Source: Gemmatimonadota bacterium (GTDB lineage: Bacteria; Gemmatimonadota; Gemmatimonadetes; Palauibacterales; Palauibacteraceae). Taken from it: a stretch of 39,269 nucleotides of DNA. The position numbers and the translations under genes were made by a program. Positions 35,205 to 39,269 of the stretch are shown here, one piece after another; the stretch's first letter is position 1, and each line of letters begins with the position of its first letter. Below the pieces are notes generated by a model, which ran no database searches, was not told the origin of the DNA, and saw only the letters and a list, made by a program, of their open reading frames with translations. The stretch spans positions 1-39,269 of the forward strand of contig JBDHMQ010000006.1 in NCBI GenBank assembly GCA_039656095.1, given 5' to 3'.

Positions 35205-36359
35205 TCATTCCCTGGCCGAACCTTGCAGAATCGATGGGACATATTTCCAGAAGCCGATTCCGCCAGCCTGCTTTCCGACATCCAGAGAGGCCGCCAGAGT
35301 TGCCTCCGCCAGGTCGATTATATCGACCGTGCCTGGTTCTCCGCCGATCCCCTCCACGCTGATGAAGGCATAGCGGGAGTCAGTGCTGATCGCCACACCA
35401 TGCGGTAACCGCCGTGTATTGGCGACCGATCGAGTCTCGCCCGACTCGAGGTCAATGATACCTGTTGCCTGTGCTCCCTTGTAGGTGACCACAAGACGCT
35501 GTCCGTCCGGAGTAACATCAAGATTGTACGGTCCGGCACCCGTAGAGAACCGACGGGACACCGACCACGACTTGCGGTCGATTTCCAGCACTTCGGAGTT
35601 CCTGTTGCAGGCGACGTATACGAACTTGCCGTCAACCGAAGGAGCTGCCCACGTGGGACCGCAGCGCGCCCGGTCTTGCGGTGCGGCGTCGGCTCCGAGG
35701 AAGGCATCGGCATCCAATACGTCTGTCGGCAACTCTCGAATTCGCTCCGGAGCGAGATACATGCGCCGCGACACAGCCAGGTCCAGCGCGTCGATTTCGA
35801 CCAGCTGCTCGTCCCTGACACACACGACGTAGTTCTTCAGTCCATCGGTGGTCAGTCGCGAACCGTGAGGGGTTTCGCATACGGGGATCTTCAGCAGTTC
35901 GGTTAACGATTCCGTCTCGATGACAGAAACGGAGCTTGGTTCCGGATCACCATGGAGGTTGAAATTCACGACAAACATCAGGTCCGTCGGGGTGAGAGAA
36001 ATCGAAGCCGGAAACAGACCGACTTCAACCCGGTCCAACCGCTTGTTGTCTTTCGTCGAGTAAACGTGGACCTGCCCGAATGGATTCCCGTGCGCGATCG
36101 AGACGTACCAGCGTTCGCCTGCGGGATCTACCGTGAGCCCATGCGGTCCATCCATCTCCGTCGGATAGTTGCCGACGACTATTCTCTCGGCGACCTCCGC
36201 ACCGTCCGGACCGAAGCGCACCAGAGCCACCTCATCTTCGGATTCGGCCGCGACATAGACGTAATAATCTCCCGATGGTTCCTCCTGGGCGGAGAGCGTC
36301 GACGCAAGAATCAGCGTTGACGCAGACAACCCCCTCAACAACGCGGCAATTCTGGTCAC
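35205..36359 (-). CDS. YncE/YVTN-type beta-propeller repeat protein, secreted
   Basis: It shows a repeated strand pattern (YVYVAAESEDEVALV, FVYVACNRNSEVLEID, LVVTYKGAQATGIIDL, YAFISVEG..GTVDIIDL). The GTG at 36359 overlaps the upstream stop (GTGA). A signal-like N-terminus is present. Confidence 0.7.
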   Translation of the reverse strand: MTRIAALLRGLSASTLILASTLSAQEEPSGDYYVYVAAESEDEVALVRFGPDGAEVAERIVVGNYPTEMDGPHGLTVDPAGERWYVSIAHGNPFGQVHVYSTKDNKRLDRVEVGLFPASISLTPTDLMFVVNFNLHGDPEPSSVSVIETESLTELLKIPVCETPHGSRLTTDGLKNYVVCVRDEQLVEIDALDLAVSRRMYLAPERIRELPTDVLDADAFLGADAAPQDRARCGPTWAAPSVDGKFVYVACNRNSEVLEIDRKSWSVSRRFSTGAGPYNLDVTPDGQRLVVTYKGAQATGIIDLESGETRSVANTRRLPHGVAISTDSRYAFISVEGIGGEPGTVDIIDLAEATLAASLDVGKQAGGIGFWKYVPSILQGSARE

Positions 36360-38662
36360 GGTACGAGCGCGCGAGGCTCGAGCTTGACCGACCACAAACC
36401 CGAGTTGAATTCGGTAAAAAATACGTGGCCCTTGTGTGGCTGTGGCCCCCAGGTCATCGGTGCATTCGGGACGATTCCGCTCGCATCGTATGCCTTGTAG
36501 CGTGCGATCTCGCGGCCCTGCTGGTAGAGGTCACCCTTGAGCTCGCCTGAGATGTCGATGACCCGCAGCCCCCCATTGTAGAATGCCGCATAAAGTCGGT
36601 CTCCTTCGACCCACAGGTTGTGCGTTCCCGCCTCCGGTACCTGGAATCGGGCTACTTCCTGGGGGTTGTCCGGGTCCGTAAAGTCGATGAAGTGGAGATA
36701 GCCCTCGGTTTCGCACGGTTTGTTGAAGTCCCTGCATTGGGGCATGATCTCGTCACCGGCGATTACGTAAAACTTGCCCGTCGACTGGCTCCGGAATGGG
36801 AACGCGGCGTGATTTGCGCCCGACGGATACGCGTAACTCGCGAACTGGACCGGGTTGCTTGGTGATCCACCTGCGATCCCATTGCCGACGTCGACCAGCA
36901 CCACACCGTTACTCCAATTCGAGGAATAGGCAATGCCATCTTCGACCCAGACGTCGTGAATCGAGGCGCCGGGTGCGTCGAGCTGAAACGTTCCGACCTT
37001 CACCGGATTCGACGGATCCTCAATGTTGATGATGTCGTACCGTTGTCCTGCGCTCAGCGCGTACACATGGTCTTCGTAGATGAATACGTTGTGAACGCCG
37101 CCCGTCATTCCCTCATCGTAGGTGCCTACCTGCGCGACGTTGTGTGGATCGCTCACATCATAGATGACCAGCCCATTCTTACGGTTTGATGCACCCTCGC
37201 GGCTGATCACGGCAATGCGGCCGTCCTCGGAAACCTTCACATCGTTCACTGTTCTGGCGTCGACCTGCACACTATCGATCTTGACAATGGATTCGGGGTC
37301 CGTGACATCCCAGAAATACGCCTTTCCATCAGCGCCCCAGGTACCGGTTATCGCGTAGTCACGGCCGTCGACTCCTTCCCAGATCCACAGGTCGGATGTG
37401 TGCACATCGCCGACCGCTCCCTGGCCCACCAGCTCGACCTTCTCCGAAACTTCACGGCCCTCGACCTGTACCTCGACCGAGGAGGATGCGCGCCCCGAGC
37501 TCGCATGAATGACAAATGCGCCCGGTTTTTCGGCAACGAAAGCACCTGTCTGATCCACCTGACCCGCCGCCGGTGGGGCGATGAGCGTGTCGATCGGAAA
37601 CGCCTCGACGCTAAAGGAGACAGGAGCATTCGCGACTTCACGATTCCGCCCATCAAGCGCCCTGGCCGTCATATGCACAACATCCCCGGTACGAGCTCTC
37701 ACGCGATCGGTCGTCAGTTCTATGCTTCGAACGGGACTTTCGGCCACCGAAAGATCCCACGATTGCTCTACGCCCTCAGCCGACGCTACCACCGTCGACG
37801 TGCCAGCACCCGTTGCCCGGATCGATCCCGTCGAGCTTACAGCAATCACGGAAGGATTGGAGGAACGAAGCGACGGCTGGAGGTCATCTCGTACATAGCC
37901 GCCCTCAGTAATCACAGTCGGTTCCACTCGGTAGGAATTTCCTTCTTGAAGCTCGGATGGCAGACCTTCAAGTCGGACCTGCTCGATGGGAGGCCAGGCG
38001 ACATGTGCGTCTACGTTCCGTCGGATCGACTCCTCACCGACCTGTACCAGCACGATTATCGTCGACTCGCCGCCTTTGGTCGCTGCCACCGTACCTTCAT
38101 CGACGGTGACACCGCCGTCTCCCCGGACGAAATATCGAATCCGGTCTGCTTCTATCTCATTCCCGTCGGGATCGCGTACGACGACTGAAAGACTCGCGGT
38201 CTCGCCGACCATGAAGCTGAGAGCCTCAGGCTCGACCTCGAGTGTCGGCAGGCGGACCAATCCAGCGTCACCAGCCCACGTAGCGGTCCACTCAGCACCC
38301 TCGGGAAGCGGTCCGGTTACCGTGCCGGCCAATTCGGTACCTGAGCCGTTTCCGGCGAATACGACGAGTTCAGGAGCGCCTGCATCAAACGCAAATGTGA
38401 CCTCACCATCCGCATAGGAGAAGCTGTCCAGAGGCGTGTTGTTCATTCCCTGATCCGGTATGCTGATGAAGGCATCGTACCCGCTGTCGCCTTGCTGCAA
38501 AGTCAGGATGAATGGCAGCTCCTGGCCGGATACGCTGATCGTTCCTTCCCAGGTTCCAATCACCGGTTCCTGTGCCTGCGCGGGAACCGCGAGAATGACC
38601 AATGCAAGGACCGCGAGTCCCAGTCCACCAACAAGTCGTTGTACGATATTCGTGCTTTTCAT
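36356..38662 (-). CDS. Large secreted protein with three Big_2-like Ig domains followed by an LVIVD-repeat beta-propeller
   Basis: It has the signal peptide LAVLALVILAVPAQAQE and Big_2-like units (e.g. SSNPSVIAVSSTGSIRATGAGTSTVVA). LVIVD-type repeats are also present (GLVIYDVSDP, YDIINIEDPSNP, GVVLVDVGN, LHFIDFTDPDNP, GLRVIDISG). Confidence 0.75.
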   Translation of the reverse strand: MKSTNIVQRLVGGLGLAVLALVILAVPAQAQEPVIGTWEGTISVSGQELPFILTLQQGDSGYDAFISIPDQGMNNTPLDSFSYADGEVTFAFDAGAPELVVFAGNGSGTELAGTVTGPLPEGAEWTATWAGDAGLVRLPTLEVEPEALSFMVGETASLSVVVRDPDGNEIEADRIRYFVRGDGGVTVDEGTVAATKGGESTIIVLVQVGEESIRRNVDAHVAWPPIEQVRLEGLPSELQEGNSYRVEPTVITEGGYVRDDLQPSLRSSNPSVIAVSSTGSIRATGAGTSTVVASAEGVEQSWDLSVAESPVRSIELTTDRVRARTGDVVHMTARALDGRNREVANAPVSFSVEAFPIDTLIAPPAAGQVDQTGAFVAEKPGAFVIHASSGRASSSVEVQVEGREVSEKVELVGQGAVGDVHTSDLWIWEGVDGRDYAITGTWGADGKAYFWDVTDPESIVKIDSVQVDARTVNDVKVSEDGRIAVISREGASNRKNGLVIYDVSDPHNVAQVGTYDEGMTGGVHNVFIYEDHVYALSAGQRYDIINIEDPSNPVKVGTFQLDAPGASIHDVWVEDGIAYSSNWSNGVVLVDVGNGIAGGSPSNPVQFASYAYPSGANHAAFPFRSQSTGKFYVIAGDEIMPQCRDFNKPCETEGYLHFIDFTDPDNPQEVARFQVPEAGTHNLWVEGDRLYAAFYNGGLRVIDISGELKGDLYQQGREIARYKAYDASGIVPNAPMTWGPQPHKGHVFFTEFNSGLWSVKLEPRALVP

Positions 38663-38819
38663 TCCGTCTCCCTCGAGAGCCTCGTTGTCTGCCGCGGACC
38701 CGGAACCTAACCGGGCATTCCATCTGGTCGCTACCCGGACGTGGGCTGTGGCCGGAAGGATTCAGCGGTGGATCCGGCGTTGAATTGAGCGATTCTACTC
38801 CGCCAGGTGTATTCTGTAC

Positions 38820-39178
38820 GAAGCCGACCGGTTGGAGCTGGAATAATCGGCGGAGGGAAATGGGGTCGCGGATCGGTCGCAAGGCTCGATTCGAGGAAAG
38901 TCCGGGCTCCGCAGGACTTGGTGCCGGGTAACGCCCGGGCGTCGTAAGGCGACGGAAAGTGTCACAGAGAATAGACCGCCGATGGCGGCACTTGTGCCGC
39001 ACAGGTAAGGGTGAAACGGTGGGGTAAGAGCCCACCGCGCGTGCCGGAGACGGCCGCGGCACGACAAACCCCACCAGGAGCAAGGCCAAACAGGAACGAG
39101 CGGCGGTCCGCCGCACTTGAGTTCCGGGTAGGCCGCATGAGGCGTCGGGTAACCGGCGTCCCAGATAGATGAGCAACC
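38820..39178 (+). ncRNA. rnpB: RNase P RNA, bacterial type A (5' and core portions; canonical 3' end not found in window)
   Basis: It contains GAAGCCGACC (P1 5'), GAGGAAAGUCCGGGCUCC, GGUGCCGGGUAACGCCCGG and GGAAAGUGUCACAGAGAAUAGACCGCC. It also contains GGUAAGGGUGAAACGGUGGGGUAAGAGCCCACC, ACAAACCCCACCAGGAGCAAGGCCAAACAGG, GGGUAGGCCGC and AGAUAGAUGAGCAACC. These align block by block with E. coli M1 RNA. Confidence 0.9.
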
Positions 39179-39269
39179 TTGTACCAAGGAGTATTCGTCC
39201 AGTTTTGAATATCAACGACCAGACAAGACTTCACCTGACAGACATCCGCCTCGACAACGGACTGCGCCT

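Noticed and set aside
38403-39215. Minus-strand ORFs of 270 aa (38403-39215), 130 aa (38795-39187) and 90 aa (38962-39234), plus two plus-strand ORFs, over the 38.4-39.2 kb region.
   Set aside because: They overlap the unmistakable RNase P RNA gene and its upstream spacer. The translations are Arg/Pro/Ser-rich, as is typical of spurious ORFs in GC-rich non-coding or antisense sequence.

Overview
High-GC (about 60% by eye), densely coding bacterial chromosome segment. The gene content (LVIVD, TPR and Big_2 secreted proteins, Tat lipoproteins) suggests an uncultured Gemmatimonadota/FCB-like organism, but this taxonomy is inference only. I support about 45 protein genes, one RNase P RNA (rnpB), one TPP riboswitch upstream of thiC, three intrinsic terminators, one leader terminator/attenuator upstream of a PTPS(QueD)-folE pair, and one consensus sigma-54 promoter. 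Most content is housekeeping or central metabolism: aroB, two acyl-CoA synthetases, mpg, M19 dipeptidase, NhaC, M1 aminopeptidase, folE, cutA, a GltP-like symporter, an IDH-like dehydrogenase, gcdH, thiC, hpt and rnpB. I see no CRISPR array, transposase, integrase, toxin-antitoxin pair or recognisable defence gene, so I cannot point to a clear novel system. The observations most worth a second look are listed here.
(1) An rnpB whose conserved 3' strands (P4/P1) are missing and replaced by low-GC sequence at the window edge.
(2) A NYN + 2xLOTUS protein with RGG-rich and PEA-rich tracts and a 4x42-nt tandem repeat.
(3) A tightly translationally coupled cluster: nucleotidyltransferase, LeuA-like, 58-aa membrane ORF, GDPD and two exported proteins.
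(4) A prenyltransferase-repeat gene overlapping a Tat-DUF362 lipoprotein gene, followed by tandem small-membrane-protein paralogs, one of them frameshifted.
(5) A perfect sigma-54 promoter plus upstream palindrome in front of an orphan secreted protein.
(6) A structured leader with terminator before the pterin genes.
All function calls come from motif recognition by eye. No database search was run.
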